From a virus (lineage: Duplodnaviria; Caudoviricetes), in IMG/VR virus record IMGVR_UViG_3300037781_000042, positions 147,582-211,581 of that record: a DNA stretch of 64,000 nt. One strand, 5' to 3'. Below the pieces are notes generated by a model. It was given only the letters and a program-made list of their open reading frames with translations, was not told the origin of the DNA and did no database searches. This document shows positions 10,172 to 20,185 of this stretch, piece by piece. The position numbers and the translations under genes are program-made. The stretch's first letter is position 1, and each line of letters begins with the position of its first letter.

Positions 10172-12166
10172 TTATTTTATTTTATTTAATATTCCTAAGC
10201 CAGTTTCATCTGCAAATCTATTTACAAGCTGTTTGAACGTTTTAATTTTTTTAGAATCTATTTCTGCTTCTAATTTTGGGATAGCAGCTTCAATTTTTGC
10301 GATATCTGCAGGAGGAGCTAATTTAATTACATCTGGTGATATTGAACCATTTAAAATTTCTTTTAACTGTTTTTGAGAAAATTTGTATTTTGAAATAACT
10401 TTTATTTGTAACCCATTAAAATAAGATTGTACCTGTTTAAAAGCTTCTCTTGTCCAATCTGAAATTCCTTCATTCATTTTATTATACTCCGTAAAATTTT
10501 TAAATCTTTTATTTTGATTACTTTCGTTCATAACATCTTTTTTATTTTCTCTGAAATTTCTAAAAGATGATATTGTAGATTCTTCTAACATACTATCGGG
10601 AACTATGTATTTTTGATTTGTTGCTGTTGATGATTGTGCCATAGTAGTACCTTTAAATTCTCCAGGTCCTGTAAATTCTCGGGAAGGTTTTCCACTAGAA
10701 TCTATAATACCTAAATCTTTTACTTTTTTATTAATTTGTTGTAATTCTGCTTCAGTTTCTTTTTTAGCTAATCCTACAAGTTTTTCAAATTCTTCTGCTT
10801 CTTGTTGTTTTGCAAAAAGCTCTTGATACGCAGGAATCATTTCAACTATATTTTTAATATACTTAACTATCGCTCCTACTAATTTTAATAAAGTTTGAGG
10901 AAATATTTCAATTGCAGAAAATACTTCTTCTATTAAATTATCAATTCCATCTACATATCCTCCCATAGTAGACATTACTTTTTCTTTCATTTGCGAAGTA
11001 GCATTACTTAATTTAGCAGAAATACTTTTAACAATATTTTCTAATCCAGTAAGAAAATCTAAAATAGAATAAGCTTTTCCTTTTTCTAATCCAGTTACTG
11101 ATTTTTTACCTAAATTTTTGCCTGTAAAATAAACTAACATTGCAGCTAGAAAATGTTGACCAAAATGTATAGTAGCATGTTTATTAATAGAAATCATAAA
11201 AGCCTTTTTAAAACTTCTTTGAGCTATTCCAACCATTATTTTACTAAAAACTTCTTTTAAAGACATTGAAACTTGTCTTGCTACAGTTTCAGCAGCTTTC
11301 TTATATCCTGGGCCACCAAGTAAACCAAATGGAGCAACAGTAATACTTACCACCCCCATCAAGGCGTGCATCGTACCGTTTGAAAATACATCAATAGGAT
11401 GTCCTAATCCTTTGTCAGCTTCTAATAATAAAGATTCATTTGCTCCTTTATAAAATTCATAGCTTCCATCTTCTTTTCTTACTACTCCATATTGTTTTCC
11501 TGATTTAATATCTTTTACGGCAAGAACTCCATCTATCTTAGTTTTCTTTGCTTTATTAGAATCAAATTCAATATCACCTAATTTTTGAATATTTTCTTCT
11601 CCACCAGAACCGTCGAATCTTTTAGCAGTTTCCTCTAAAGAACCCATATCTTTAGAAGCTTCTAAACATTCAAAAATTCCACCTGCAAGTAATCCTACTC
11701 CTCCAAGAAGAGCTAAAGTAATACTTACTGGTTTTAAAACTGGTAGAAAACTAGAAGCAAGAGCAAAAAATTCACAAAGAGCGCCAACACTTAAAAGAAC
11801 TCCAGAAGCATTTCCTCTTCCAATAGCTTTTAAATTATCTACAATATGTCCAGCTGCACCTGCTGCATAACTAGGTAATTCTTTAACTGCTCCCCAAAGA
11901 TCATTCCAAAAACCAGAATCTTCATTAATAGATTCTTTTTCTAATAAAGTATTTGAAATTAGAGCTACGTTACCTCCTCCAAATACTAAAGTTTTTCCTT
12001 TTCCTGTATCGTATTTGTAAAGTTGATCTTTTGATTCTACTATCCATTTACAATTTTCTACTAAATGACTTTGTTCATCTTGAGATGATTCAAAAATCAT
12101 TTTTAAGTTTTCAACAGATTCAGAATATTGTTTTTGTCTTTCTTCTAAATTTATAAAGTTATTCAT
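10172..12166 (-). CDS. large protein with Gly/Ala-rich hydrophobic segments, candidate virion-internal/membrane-inserting protein
   Basis: Hydrophobic stretches SGVLLSVGALCEFFALASSFLPVLKPVSITLALLGGVGLLAGGIF and ALMGVVSITVAPFGLLGG; several [ILM]NE motifs. Confidence 0.5.
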   Translation of the reverse strand: MNNFINLEERQKQYSESVENLKMIFESSQDEQSHLVENCKWIVESKDQLYKYDTGKGKTLVFGGGNVALISNTLLEKESINEDSGFWNDLWGAVKELPSYAAGAAGHIVDNLKAIGRGNASGVLLSVGALCEFFALASSFLPVLKPVSITLALLGGVGLLAGGIFECLEASKDMGSLEETAKRFDGSGGEENIQKLGDIEFDSNKAKKTKIDGVLAVKDIKSGKQYGVVRKEDGSYEFYKGANESLLLEADKGLGHPIDVFSNGTMHALMGVVSITVAPFGLLGGPGYKKAAETVARQVSMSLKEVFSKIMVGIAQRSFKKAFMISINKHATIHFGQHFLAAMLVYFTGKNLGKKSVTGLEKGKAYSILDFLTGLENIVKSISAKLSNATSQMKEKVMSTMGGYVDGIDNLIEEVFSAIEIFPQTLLKLVGAIVKYIKNIVEMIPAYQELFAKQQEAEEFEKLVGLAKKETEAELQQINKKVKDLGIIDSSGKPSREFTGPGEFKGTTMAQSSTATNQKYIVPDSMLEESTISSFRNFRENKKDVMNESNQNKRFKNFTEYNKMNEGISDWTREAFKQVQSYFNGLQIKVISKYKFSQKQLKEILNGSISPDVIKLAPPADIAKIEAAIPKLEAEIDSKKIKTFKQLVNRFADETGLGILNKIK

Positions 12167-12480
12167 TTTTTCTTTTTACGTTTCTTTTTTCTTAAATATT
12201 TTGATTTAACTCCTTTTTTAGTACCATTCATAAGATTAGAAAAAGATTGAATTAATTTTTGAGGGTCTCCGTCCTTTAAATTTTTAGTAAGCATTCTTTC
12301 AAGTTCTTTTTTTCCTTCTTCGCTTGAAAATTTTTCATTAATTTTTTCTAAATCTAAATTTTCAGGATCTAAAGCAAATTGTTTTTGAACCTCTTCAGCT
12401 ACTTCTTCTGCAGATTCAACAATATGATCTACGTTACCTAATTCTTCTTTTAATAGTTCTTTATTCGAAGTTTCTTTCAT
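12163..12480 (-). CDS. hypothetical protein
   Basis: 105 aa; acidic N-term, Lys-rich C-term. Confidence 0.55.
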   Translation of the reverse strand: MKETSNKELLKEELGNVDHIVESAEEVAEEVQKQFALDPENLDLEKINEKFSSEEGKKELERMLTKNLKDGDPQKLIQSFSNLMNGTKKGVKSKYLRKKKRKKKK

Positions 12481-12483
12481 AAT

Positions 12484-12648
12484 CTATATATCTTTCCTTA
12501 ATGTAGGATCAATTGGTTGTTGTTTCTTTTTCTTTTGTTCTTTACTAAATTCTACTAAGTTTTCTAAAATTTCTTCAAATCTAAAATAATCAATAGAATC
12601 TACATCTGAAAGACTTATTGGAAATCTTTCAAATATTAATTTAGACAT
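12484..12648 (-). CDS. T4 gp51-like small baseplate assembly protein
   Basis: Preferred ATG at 12648 just after the upstream stop; ISLSDVDSIDYFRFE resembles the gp51-type motif; follows a gp26-like gene. Confidence 0.4.
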   Translation of the reverse strand: MSKLIFERFPISLSDVDSIDYFRFEEILENLVEFSKEQKKKKQQPIDPTLRKDI

Positions 12649-12652
12649 TACC

Positions 12653-13645
12653 TTATTTAGCGAATCTGTACGGATCAGAAACAAGGAAGATGGATAAAAG
12701 TCCTGAGGGAAACTGAAAGGGTACGGTGACCTCGGCACCGCAGGATTTACAATTATCTATTGTCTTATTTACCATTTGCTTTTTAAAATCTTCTATAACT
12801 TTTAAAAATAAAGAATATTTTTCAGTTGACCATTTATATGTTTCTAGAATTTGATTATCTAATCTATCTTCAGTCATATTTTCCCAATCAAGATTTAGAT
12901 ATTTAATATTTTCTAAAATATCAACTTCTACTTTATTTCCTTTTCTTCTTTTAGTAGAAATATAATTTTCTATAACGCTTGTAGTTAAAATCATAGGAGG
13001 TTTAATTTCTAAAGTTTCTCCATCATTAAAATTAAAACTATAACATCTTTTAGAAGCATTGTAAAAATTAGATAAATTCTGGTCTTCTTCAAAAAATACT
13101 GTATTGCTTGTAAATATTTCTATTCCACAGGCTTGTCCACATTTAGGACAACTAGAAGGATTTTTTATTTTATTTGGAATATGATAAAAAGTTAAATCTC
13201 TTACTGCTAATAAGAAAAAGATTTTATCCATTTCTAACATATAATTAGTACTATATTGTTTTGGTCCTACTGAATATTTTACTGTAGGATTTAGTATTCC
13301 ATTTATAGATTGGTTTATAGTATATGCATCTTTTTGTGCATAAGAAGAAAACGTTCTTATTTCAGTTGTTTGTCCTCCTCTAATTCTAAATGTAGAATTT
13401 TCAGGGTAAAACATTACAGCAGAAGGAATTATTTCTTTATTTAATTCTATGTAACCTACATTATTATCTTTAGGTTCTTCTACAAAAAGTTTCTTTTCCG
13501 AAGGTTTCGTTTCTTCTTGCTCTTCTTCAGGTTCTTCTGAAGGTTTTTCATTTACGTCTTGATTTACACCAAGTTGTTTTTCTCTTTCTTCTAATTCTTT
13601 TATTTGATCTTCATCAAAATTTACAAATTTATTTTTATCTTTCAT
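12653..13645 (-). CDS. T4 gp26-like baseplate hub assembly chaperone
   Basis: CPKCG and CKSCG Zn-ribbon pairs, DKIFFLLAVRDLT, LEIKPP; typical of the gp26 family. Confidence 0.55.
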   Translation of the reverse strand: MKDKNKFVNFDEDQIKELEEREKQLGVNQDVNEKPSEEPEEEQEETKPSEKKLFVEEPKDNNVGYIELNKEIIPSAVMFYPENSTFRIRGGQTTEIRTFSSYAQKDAYTINQSINGILNPTVKYSVGPKQYSTNYMLEMDKIFFLLAVRDLTFYHIPNKIKNPSSCPKCGQACGIEIFTSNTVFFEEDQNLSNFYNASKRCYSFNFNDGETLEIKPPMILTTSVIENYISTKRRKGNKVEVDILENIKYLNLDWENMTEDRLDNQILETYKWSTEKYSLFLKVIEDFKKQMVNKTIDNCKSCGAEVTVPFQFPSGLLSIFLVSDPYRFAK

Positions 13646-13646
13646 A

Positions 13647-14495
13647 TTAAAATGGGCTTAAGTCTTTAAAATCAAACTCTAAAATATTTCCTAATTCGTA
13701 TTGAACTCCTAATCCTAAATAAAATATTGGACCTGTAGTATTTTCTTGTCCTGGAAAAGGATTTACTCCTATACCTGCCTGAATTCCCCAGTTAATTTCA
13801 ACATCTTTATTTTCTCTAGGAATGTATTTGTCAACAAATTTTTCTACTACTAAAGGATCAATAACACTTTTTACTTGATCTATGCTTACATTTTCATTTG
13901 GAGAAGTTGCTATAACAGAAATGCTATTATCATCATTCATTGTAGTAAGCATAAATATTTCTATATTGTAATCATCTCTAGTTATATACGTTTTTCCTGG
14001 AAAAATAACTACATTATCTCCACTTACTTCTACAGAATAATCAGTTTCTCCACTTAAATATCTACTTAACCCTTGTTCTTGTTTATCAAAGAACCAAGAG
14101 AATTTACCTTTTCCATCATTATAAGTCATTTGAGTATTTGTAGAATCTCCTGTTAAACCTGTAATTGAAACATCTGCTTCTTGAGCAAAAATAACTTCTG
14201 TATCAGGTCTAGCAAGCTTTAATGAATCTACTTGATTTTGCAATCTTTGAGACCAATCACTTAAAGAATCAGTTGTTTGTAAAAGAACATAATTTTCAGA
14301 ATATTCAGTATTCCATTTTGTTTTCCATTTAATTGTAGAATCTTTCAAAGCTTTTTCGTTTTGCTCGTGTATTCTTTGATTAATTTTAATCTGTTTATTG
14401 CTATCAAAAAGCATTAATAAAATAATTACAATTATAGCTATTAAACCTACTCTATGAAATGTAGGATTTTTTAAAATACTTTTAAAATTTTCCAT
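13647..14495 (-). CDS. membrane-anchored protein with coiled coil and amphipathic C-terminal beta strands
   Basis: TM VGLIAIIVIILLMLF; C-term INWGIQAGIGV and FYLGLGVQY. Confidence 0.55.
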   Translation of the reverse strand: MENFKSILKNPTFHRVGLIAIIVIILLMLFDSNKQIKINQRIHEQNEKALKDSTIKWKTKWNTEYSENYVLLQTTDSLSDWSQRLQNQVDSLKLARPDTEVIFAQEADVSITGLTGDSTNTQMTYNDGKGKFSWFFDKQEQGLSRYLSGETDYSVEVSGDNVVIFPGKTYITRDDYNIEIFMLTTMNDDNSISVIATSPNENVSIDQVKSVIDPLVVEKFVDKYIPRENKDVEINWGIQAGIGVNPFPGQENTTGPIFYLGLGVQYELGNILEFDFKDLSPF

Positions 14496-14691
14496 CAGGA
14501 CACTTAAATTTTTTGAACTTTGTTTTTATTTTCATATCACATCCACATTTACCGCATCTTGAATTAGATTTAATAAAATATGGACAACTAAAACATGTTT
14601 CTAATCTTTTTACTCTTTCATCAGAAGAAACATGCATAGTTTTTTCAATATGTTCTTCTACCTTTTTTCTCATGTTATCAAGATTATCCAT
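14482..14691 (-). CDS. small Cys-rich protein (DUF6171-like)
   Basis: RLETCFSCPY...CGKCGC...KCPDGKF. Confidence 0.6.
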   Translation of the reverse strand: MDNLDNMRKKVEEHIEKTMHVSSDERVKRLETCFSCPYFIKSNSRCGKCGCDMKIKTKFKKFKCPDGKF

Positions 14692-14716
14692 AGTTTTTTC
14701 GCAACTCCTTTTATTA

Positions 14717-14744
14717 ATTATACTTTAAAAATATTTAAAAGTTT
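14717..14744 (-). promoter_or_regulatory. AAACTTT-N15-TATAAT promoter motif
   Basis: Perfect copy upstream of the 14691 start. Confidence 0.65.
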
Positions 14745-14750
14745 ACTGAA

Positions 14751-14758
14751 AATATATA
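14751..14758 (+). promoter_or_regulatory. AATATATA late-promoter-like motif
   Basis: Upstream of tagged LRR gene at 14786. Confidence 0.4.
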
Positions 14759-14785
14759 TTATTAAGGAAATCAACTGAAAATGAA

Positions 14786-16408
14786 ATGAATAAAATAGTA
14801 AAAGGATATACAGAATTTTTAAATGAATCTAAAGCAACTGCTAAAAGAAGGTTCTTAGAAACAGATAAAATAGATAAAGAAACTTTTGATAAATTAGTTT
14901 CTATAGATCCAAGTTCATCATTTAAATATGTAGAAAAAATGATCGAATATCACTTAGAACATAAAGTTGATGTAGAAGCTTTAGAAAAGCAAATAAAAGA
15001 ATTTGACAAATTATCTTCTAGAAATTTAATTAAAAATAAAGATATTCAAAGATTAAGTTATGAAGATTTCAAAAAGGAAATAGATCAAGGGTCAACTAAA
15101 CTAGAAACTAAAGAATATCAGAAAGAAAAAGAAGAGGGAATACAGGTTATTCTTGATAATGAATATTTTAGAGTAGTTGTTCCAGATACAGAAGAAGCTT
15201 CTTGTAAATATGGTCAAGGAACTAGATGGTGTACGGCTGCTACCAGATCGCAAAACCGTTTTAAAGAGTATCGATACAGAGATGATGTTACTCTTTACTA
15301 TATTTTAGACAAAAGAAAATCTAAAGAAGACAGTTTACATCAAATTGCTGTAGCTATTTATCCAAACGGAAATTCTAACGTATTTGATGCAACAGATTAT
15401 TCTATGTCATTTGAAGAAATTCCAAAAGAATTGTTTAAATATATTCCAGCAAATACCTTTAGACCTAGGAATTTAAGTATTGAATTGAATCAATTTGAAA
15501 AATTTGGGATAGAGAAAAATAATTTAAAAAAATTAGAAAATGGGTTATACTACTATAAAGGAGATCTTCATTTAAGTAAAGAAGTATTTGATTTTTTAGA
15601 AAAAGAAAATATTTATTTAGAAGCTGTAGAAGGAACTATAAAAATATTAAATGATGATAAATTAACAAATCTTAAAATGCTTCAACATTTAAAAGTTGCA
15701 ATTTCATTTATTTTAGAAGGATGTGAAAATTTAACTTCTTTAGAAGATCTTAAACAGTTAACACATATACATAAATATCTTACTATAAGACATTTAAACA
15801 TTACAAATTTAAAAGGATTAGAAAACTTACAACAAGCAACATATCTTAATTTAGGGTACAACCAATTATATACTTTAGAACATCTTAAAAGCTTAACAGA
15901 GGTGGAAGACTTGTCTTTACCTAATAATAAGTTAACAAATTTAAAGGGGTTAGGGAAAATTAAATCTCTTTATACTCTGAACGTACAAACAAATTATTTA
16001 AAAGATTTTAAAGGTTTAGAAAAATTAGAAAAATTATTTATGTTATATTGTTCAAACAATCAAATTGAAAATTTTAACGGTTTAGAAGGATTAAAAAATG
16101 AAAAAATATTTAGTATTTCTATAATTAAAAATAAATTAACAATTTTAAAATTTCCATCTTCAATTAAAATTATAGAAAATATAAATCTACATAAAAATCC
16201 TATAATTTCTCCTAAAACAAAAATAGAAATACAGGATATTATACATAATTATACAGGAAGCGGATTTAATTTAAAAACAGGAATTGAAGAATTTTTGAAA
16301 TTAACAAAGGAAGAACAAGAAAGAGCTTTAGAAAAATTAAAAGACTGGGATCCTGAAGCCTACAATAAAACATTAAAATATATAAATAAAATGAACAATA
16401 AAAAATAG
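14786..16408 (+). CDS. family A protein: capsid-targeting-like tag + KYGxGTxWC domain + LRR
   Basis: MNKIVKGYTEFLNE; SCKYGQGTRWCTAA; LxxLxLxxNxL repeats; C-term LKDWDPEAY. Confidence 0.8.
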   Translation: MNKIVKGYTEFLNESKATAKRRFLETDKIDKETFDKLVSIDPSSSFKYVEKMIEYHLEHKVDVEALEKQIKEFDKLSSRNLIKNKDIQRLSYEDFKKEIDQGSTKLETKEYQKEKEEGIQVILDNEYFRVVVPDTEEASCKYGQGTRWCTAATRSQNRFKEYRYRDDVTLYYILDKRKSKEDSLHQIAVAIYPNGNSNVFDATDYSMSFEEIPKELFKYIPANTFRPRNLSIELNQFEKFGIEKNNLKKLENGLYYYKGDLHLSKEVFDFLEKENIYLEAVEGTIKILNDDKLTNLKMLQHLKVAISFILEGCENLTSLEDLKQLTHIHKYLTIRHLNITNLKGLENLQQATYLNLGYNQLYTLEHLKSLTEVEDLSLPNNKLTNLKGLGKIKSLYTLNVQTNYLKDFKGLEKLEKLFMLYCSNNQIENFNGLEGLKNEKIFSISIIKNKLTILKFPSSIKIIENINLHKNPIISPKTKIEIQDIIHNYTGSGFNLKTGIEEFLKLTKEEQERALEKLKDWDPEAYNKTLKYINKMNNKK

Positions 16409-16412
16409 AACT

Positions 16413-17249
16413 ATGAAAAGAAAATATACACAATCTTTTTCAGATAGATTAAACGAAAATAAAAATGTTTCTACTAAAAAAGAAAATAAAATAGATAAAC
16501 TTATTAGTGATTTTGATTTTAAAAAATCAAACATTAAATTAGGTAAAATTACAGAATCTGTAGAAAAAGACTTTTCTTCTGGAGATAAAACTTTTAAAGC
16601 ATTTACATATTTGAAAGAAAATAAATTTGTTTCTGATATTTATGAAATAGATACAGAAAATAAAAAGATGAAGAAAGTTCAAACTATTTCTCCAGAAACA
16701 GAAGCAGGAAGAGCTTCATGGGAAGTAGAAAAAGCAGGAAGAGAACTTATTGGAGAATCTTTAAATGAAAATGATGCTAGAAATAGTTATAATTTTAAAG
16801 AGTCAGATGATAAAAGAAAAAGACCTACTGAAGATTTAAAGTATTTAGATAAACTTTTAGACTATGTACAAGAAGAACTAGAAGTAGTAGCAGGAATTTC
16901 TGTAGATTTAGAATATCAAAAACATAATGGATGGTCAGAATTTTATACTTGTAAAGTTTCTATTAATGATCGAAATGTAGGTGAATTTGAATTTAAAGTA
17001 AATTCAAAAGGAATTTATGTTTTATTAATGGGTACTTGGGTAGATACTACAGTAGTAGAATATGACGGTAAAGAGTTAATATCAAATGCTGTAATTGCTA
17101 TGATGGGATTCCCGATTGCTGGAGATACTATTAAATCTAAATTAGATGAATTAAAATCTAAGCATCCTGATTTATTCCAAGAAGAAGATTATGACGAAGA
17201 AGAGGATGATGATATTGAACCGTTATTTCCTCCAATGGGATTAAATTAA
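16413..17249 (+). CDS. hypothetical protein with capsid-targeting-like N-terminus
   Basis: MKRKYTQSFSDRLNE; acidic C-term. Confidence 0.6.
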   Translation: MKRKYTQSFSDRLNENKNVSTKKENKIDKLISDFDFKKSNIKLGKITESVEKDFSSGDKTFKAFTYLKENKFVSDIYEIDTENKKMKKVQTISPETEAGRASWEVEKAGRELIGESLNENDARNSYNFKESDDKRKRPTEDLKYLDKLLDYVQEELEVVAGISVDLEYQKHNGWSEFYTCKVSINDRNVGEFEFKVNSKGIYVLLMGTWVDTTVVEYDGKELISNAVIAMMGFPIAGDTIKSKLDELKSKHPDLFQEEDYDEEEDDDIEPLFPPMGLN

Positions 17250-17275
17250 AATTTAAAATATAAAGAACAAAACAA

Positions 17276-17863
17276 ATGAATAATTACAAACAATTTTCAA
17301 AAACGGATACATATTCTGGAGTTATTACTTACATACGTGACTATGGAGGACAAAAATCTAAAATAACACAAGAAAAAGAATATGTATTTAAAAATATGTT
17401 TTTTTCAGAATTTTATAATTTATGCAATATTCAATATAATAACCATAAAAGAACAAAAGATCATAATCCAAATACAAAGAAAATAAACAGCTGGATTGTC
17501 GATTTGTTAATTAAAAATGATCAAACCGGTGAAACTCTTCATATAAAAGAAGAATCGGATATAAATTACTTTTTAAATATTCCAATAGAATATTTATATG
17601 CGGAAAATAAAAATATGAATAAAGAAAATAAAATAATAGAAAGCTTTGATGAATTTCAAAATGAAAAAGTAAATGAAGAAATTAAAGCATTAGGAACAAG
17701 AAGTCAAATAGATGAAGTTTCTGATTTAATAGATGAGGCATTAAGTAAATCAGAAATTGCATTAGACGATTCACTATTAAGAAAATACCTTTCAGATGCA
17801 CGAACAAGAATACAATTTATTTTAGACGTAATAGAAAAGGAATTACAAACGTCTACAAAATAA
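17276..17863 (+). CDS. hypothetical protein; possible internal start at 17615
   Basis: 195 aa; internal MNKENKIIESFDEFQNEKVNE at residue 114. Confidence 0.55.
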   Translation: MNNYKQFSKTDTYSGVITYIRDYGGQKSKITQEKEYVFKNMFFSEFYNLCNIQYNNHKRTKDHNPNTKKINSWIVDLLIKNDQTGETLHIKEESDINYFLNIPIEYLYAENKNMNKENKIIESFDEFQNEKVNEEIKALGTRSQIDEVSDLIDEALSKSEIALDDSLLRKYLSDARTRIQFILDVIEKELQTSTK

Positions 17864-17882
17864 AATTAATTTGTTATAAAAT

Positions 17883-17920
17883 AAAAGAGGACTTAAAAAT
17901 TAATTTAGGTCCTCTTTTTT
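17883..17920. terminator. bidirectional rho-independent terminator
   Basis: AAAAGAGGAC...GTCCTCTTTT inverted repeat with A and T tracts between convergent genes. Confidence 0.8.
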
Positions 17921-17923
17921 ATT

Positions 17924-18190
17924 TTATTTCTTCTTTCCTTTATTATTATTCTTTTCTTCTACTTCTTCCTCTATATCTTCTGGATATTCTATTTGAAGAC
18001 TATCTAAAAAAGCATCTAATTTAGAATTATCATGTACATCTTGAAACCAACCTACTCCTTGTAGAATTCCCATTGAAGCAGCAATTAAATTTGGATGTGC
18101 TTCTGTACCAAGTTTATTATTTTCAAAGCATTTAACCAAATAACCTTCAGCTGCTTTCTTTAATTTTTTAGAATATTTTACTTCTATCAT
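17924..18190 (-). CDS. hypothetical protein
   Basis: 88-aa ORF downstream of the glycosyltransferase. Confidence 0.6.
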   Translation of the reverse strand: MIEVKYSKKLKKAAEGYLVKCFENNKLGTEAHPNLIAASMGILQGVGWFQDVHDNSKLDAFLDSLQIEYPEDIEEEVEEKNNNKGKKK

Positions 18191-18201
18191 TTAATTCTCC
18201 T

Positions 18202-20097
18202 TTATTTATAATATTCTGGAATTGAATATTGTTTATTTAAAAATTTGTCCATATAATTTGTCATGTGATTTCCATCTTCAGAATTATCTGAAATTGTATC
18301 GTGTTGCATGAACAACTGAGGAAAAGACATATAACATTTAAAGTTTTCATTTCTTTGTACTAATGCTGCTAGAACTCTATCTAATTCATATTGATAACCG
18401 TTTTCTTCATAATAATCAATAATCCATTTCATAAGTTTTCTACTTAAACAATAAGCATGTCCTGACCACACATGTGATGCTTCCCAAATTCTAACATTTC
18501 TAGTTTCATCATTTATTGGATAAGAATCAATATAAGTTTCTGGTAATTCAAAACTTCCAGTACACATTCCTCCACCTAGATAAAATAAGTCCCATTCAGT
18601 TTTATTTTCAACTACCATGCTATTCATTATTCTTTCAAATTCTTCATTTACTTTTCTATGAATAATAATATCATCTTCTAAAATTAAAATCTTTTCATGA
18701 CCTTCATTATAAGCAGTTTTTATTACTTCTAAATGAGAAAGTAAACATCCTAAATATCCAGGAGTTCTTCTAACTAGAATAGTTTCATCTACAAATTCTT
18801 TTAACAATTGACCATCATAAGCTTTCATTCTTTTAAAACTTATTCCAGCTTCATTTAATTTTTTAGTTGCTCTAGTTAATCTATCTTTTCTTCTTTCTAA
18901 GTTGATAAGGTAAACTTCATCAAAATAGTTATTTATAGAATACCTTTCAGGCTTAATCTGTGCATTACCTTTAAAGAATTCTAGATTGTTGATTATTCTA
19001 TCATCTTGACAATATTCTTTAAAATCTGGTGCTTCTAGAAGCTTTTCATAAGTTTGAACAGCTTTAGAAAAGTATAATGTCTCAGCATAACAAATTCCTA
19101 GAAGATCTAATATTTTATGATTGTAACAAAACCTATTTATGAATAAGATATTGTCATGAGGAAATGGAAGATCTTTAGCAGCTTCTAAAAAGGTAATTGC
19201 ATCAAAAGGATTTTTCATATTATAATAATAAAGTAAAGCAAGTTCATGATATGCTTCTGCTCTATTACTTAAAAAAGAAATTGCTCTTTTAAATACTTCT
19301 TCTGACTCATCTAATCTTCCTAACATCTTCAAAGACTTTCCTTCATCTAATAAACTATACCAATATTCTTCTCTAAAAATATATTGATCTTCTTCTGATT
19401 TTTTTCTATATTTTATTGTGTACTCTATACACTTTTCCCAATCTCTACTATCAAAATAAGTTCTAGCAATATAGAATAAACATCTTCTAAAATAAGGACC
19501 GTTTGGATTATTGTTTTCGTATTTATGTAAAAGATCTAAATAAAATTCAAATGTTTCTTTTTTATTTTTTCCTTCTGTTTTATGTTGGTGATAAACTTCT
19601 AAATCTTTAAATGATAAAGAATTTTCTTCTCCATAAGGAATATATTCATGAATAGATGGTCCATGGAATTTAATTGATTCTATATTTTTCCATATCCTAG
19701 GTCTATCATAAATAGATCCAGTTACCTCATTGTGAAAGTCATGTATAGAAGTAATTAAAACTTCATATTTGGTTTGCTTAAAAATATTATATGCTTTTTG
19801 AAAAGATTCTACATCTTCTTCTAAAATATATTCATCTGCATCCATCCATAAAATATGAGTATATGGCATCTTTTCTGCAAAGTCAAGGACTTCATTTTTA
19901 GTAGTAACAAAATCTTGAAATTCTATTTCTTTAACATAAGCATGCTCATATTGATTAGCTATTTCTAAAGAATTATCAGTAGATCCAGTATCTACTAAAA
20001 GATAACCATCTACTATATCTTTTACTGAATCTAAACAACGTTTAAGAATTTCTTCTTCATTCTTAAACATTACACAACATAATAACTTTGTTTCCAT
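18202..20097 (-). CDS. GT2 + TPR + GT25 fused glycosyltransferase
   Basis: N-term CVMFKNEE...LVDTGSTD...WMDADE (GT2); central TPR-like helices (RAEAYHELALLY); C-term YLINLERRKDR...GCLLSH...ILILEDD (GT25). Confidence 0.8.
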   Translation of the reverse strand: METKLLCCVMFKNEEEILKRCLDSVKDIVDGYLLVDTGSTDNSLEIANQYEHAYVKEIEFQDFVTTKNEVLDFAEKMPYTHILWMDADEYILEEDVESFQKAYNIFKQTKYEVLITSIHDFHNEVTGSIYDRPRIWKNIESIKFHGPSIHEYIPYGEENSLSFKDLEVYHQHKTEGKNKKETFEFYLDLLHKYENNNPNGPYFRRCLFYIARTYFDSRDWEKCIEYTIKYRKKSEEDQYIFREEYWYSLLDEGKSLKMLGRLDESEEVFKRAISFLSNRAEAYHELALLYYYNMKNPFDAITFLEAAKDLPFPHDNILFINRFCYNHKILDLLGICYAETLYFSKAVQTYEKLLEAPDFKEYCQDDRIINNLEFFKGNAQIKPERYSINNYFDEVYLINLERRKDRLTRATKKLNEAGISFKRMKAYDGQLLKEFVDETILVRRTPGYLGCLLSHLEVIKTAYNEGHEKILILEDDIIIHRKVNEEFERIMNSMVVENKTEWDLFYLGGGMCTGSFELPETYIDSYPINDETRNVRIWEASHVWSGHAYCLSRKLMKWIIDYYEENGYQYELDRVLAALVQRNENFKCYMSFPQLFMQHDTISDNSEDGNHMTNYMDKFLNKQYSIPEYYK

Positions 20098-20117
20098 TAA
20101 ATCCTTTGTTTTTATTT

Positions 20118-20145
20118 ATTATACACTGTATAAGTGATAAAGTTT
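20118..20145 (-). promoter_or_regulatory. AAACTTT-N15-TATAAT promoter motif
   Basis: Perfect copy upstream of the 20097 start. Confidence 0.65.
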
Positions 20146-20152
20146 TAGATAA

Positions 20153-20160
20153 AATATATA
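20153..20160 (+). promoter_or_regulatory. AATATATA late-promoter-like motif
   Basis: Upstream of 20186. Confidence 0.4.
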
Positions 20161-20185
20161 AATTATAATTCAATCTTAGTATATA

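Noticed and set aside
12648-12738. Programmed frameshift joining the gp26-like and gp51-like ORFs
   Set aside because: The overlap needs +1; the CCCTTTC heptamer is in the wrong phase for canonical -1 slippage; a clean ATG at 12648 follows the upstream stop
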